Origin: Octopus bimaculoides
Taxonomy: Eukaryota
Assembly: GCF_001194135.2 (NCBI RefSeq)
Contig: NC_068987.1
Location: 11,644,279-11,708,278, forward strand
DNA length: 64,000 bases
Reading direction: 5' to 3'
Translations under genes and position numbers: made by a program
The notes under the pieces: generated by a model
The model's database searches: none
Seen by the model: the letters and a program-made list of their open reading frames with translations, nothing else
What the model was told of the DNA's origin: nothing
Shown here: positions 1 to 64,000 of the stretch, piece by piece
Numbering within the stretch: position 1 is the first letter of the stretch
Layout of the letters: every line of letters starts with the position of its first letter

Positions 1-350
1 AGACACACACACTGGATTTTTTTCCTATTTCCATTTATCAAATCCTTAATTCCACTCACAGGGCTTTGAAACCTCAGAGCTATATTAGATGACTCTTGCC
101 TAAGGTGCAAGATAGTAGGATTCAAACCAAAACCACATGGTTGGGAAGCAAGTTTCTTGACCTTACAACCACTCCAGCGCCTCAAAATATCAAAATACAT
201 AAATAAATAATATAAAACTTACTGCAGATAATTGAAGACCTAAGTGCGAAAATGAAACAGAATTCAATTTGGCTATTGGGGATCACTAGAATGAAAACTG
301 GATTTAAATTTGGAATGTCTTAAAAAACAAAGAAATAACACATATCTTAC

Positions 351-62683
<62,333 letters not shown>

Positions 62684-62924
62684 CTGAAAAAAAAAATGTT
62701 TGATTCCATTTAAAGCAGTTACATAGTAATAATATTCAAAGTTAGATATGGATTTCATGAAAAACTTAATAAATATTACATGGCTTTTATTTTTGTATTG
62801 CAAGGCATTTAATATTTGAAGGAATGAATAATGTGAAAATAAACTGTATTTGAAAATATTTTATGAAAATGAATATTCTACTCTCTCTTCAAAATGTGAG
62901 TTACCATGTAGCTCCTACAAAAGA

Positions 62925-63310
62925 GTGGAGGCGCAATGGCCCAGTGGTTAGGGCAGCGGACTCGCGGTCATAGGATCGCGGTTTCGATTCCCAGACTGGG
63001 TGTTGTGAGTGTTTATTGAGCGAAAACACCCAAAGCTCCACGAGGTTCTGGCAGGGGATGGTGGCGAACCCTGCTGTACTCTTTCACCACAACTTTCTCT
63101 CACTCTTACTTCCTGTTTCTGTTGTGCCTGTAATTCAAAGGGTCAGCCTTGTTACACACTGTCTCACGCTGAATCTCCCCTGAGAACTACGTTAAGGGTA
63201 CACGTGTCTGTGGAGTGCTCAGCCACTTGCACGTTAATTTCACGAGCAGGCTGTTCCGTTGATCGGATCAGCTGGAGCCCTTGATGTCGTAAGCGACGGA
63301 GTGCCAACAA
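62925..63310 (+). mobile_element. Same SINE family, full length
   Basis: 11-bp TSD cctacaaaaga. Confidence 0.9.
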
Positions 63311-64000
63311 CCTACAAAAGAATCTGCTCAGCCCCACCCACTTCTCTCATACCTAAACCCACATCTCGTAGCATAAAGCCATCCCATCTACCAAGTTTTT
63401 TAGTCTTGTGAGTTGCATCGCAACCTCTCTAGCGCTGGTAGCAGGAAAAAAAGCAGCTGATTAATAAGATCAGCTGTAATGTATATATATAATAATAGTG
63501 TACACTTCGATATATATATATATATATATACACTAAACTCGGCTTGCGAAGACCTGTTGGGGCAAGCGAAAGCAAAATCGTGATGGCACCTGGGCCCAGC
63601 GTTGCCTTCTTGGCACTTGTGCTGGTGGCACGTGTAAAGACATTTGAGCAAGATCGTTGCCAGTGCCGCTGGGCTGGCTCTTGTGCAGGTGGCACGTAAA
63701 AAAGGAGCACTCTGTCGGTTACGACGACGAGGGTCCCAGCTGATCCGATCAACGGAACAGCCTGCTCATGAAATTAACGTGCAAGTGGCTGAGCACTCCA
63801 CAGACACGTGTACCCCTAACGTAGTTCTCAGGGAGACTCAGCATGACACATAGCGTGACAAGGCCGGCCCTTTGAAATACAAGTACTACTCCTTTTTGCC
63901 AGCTGAGTGGACTGGAGCAATGTGAAATAAAGTGTTTTGCTCAAGGACACAACACGTCGCCAGGAATCGAACTCATGACCTTACTATCATGAGCCAAATG

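Noticed and set aside
63300-63540. Upstream MAM1 exon within 62700-64000
   Set aside because: No CxFE/DHT-containing frame with splice sites was found; it probably lies beyond the window.

Overview
AT-rich eukaryotic genomic DNA with scaffold N-gaps. The repeat repertoire suggests a coleoid cephalopod, probably Octopus (inference). The whole window lies inside one large minus-strand gene. I traced 40 frame-compatible exons by hand from 62683 down to 351; both ends of the gene are outside the window and one exon runs into an N-gap. They give about 6.9 kb of coding sequence (~2,300 aa) with 14 tandem MAM domains and no LDLa or other modules. The domains are organised as [Ser/Thr/Pro-rich linker + 3 MAM] units, with paired cysteine losses, variable intron positions and one GC-AG intron. 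The introns hold tRNA-derived SINEs, RTE and R4/Dong-like LINE fragments, a mariner fragment, piggyBac-type MITEs, mini/microsatellites and several long inverted repeats. The most unexpected signal is at least five unrelated small intronic elements carrying recognisable type I hammerhead-ribozyme folds (CUGANGA...GAAAC...GUH with complementary stem I) of the kind known from Penelope-like elements. Two of them are head-to-head palindromic doublets and one has a tRNA-like head. Ribozyme folds were paired by eye; activity is untested.
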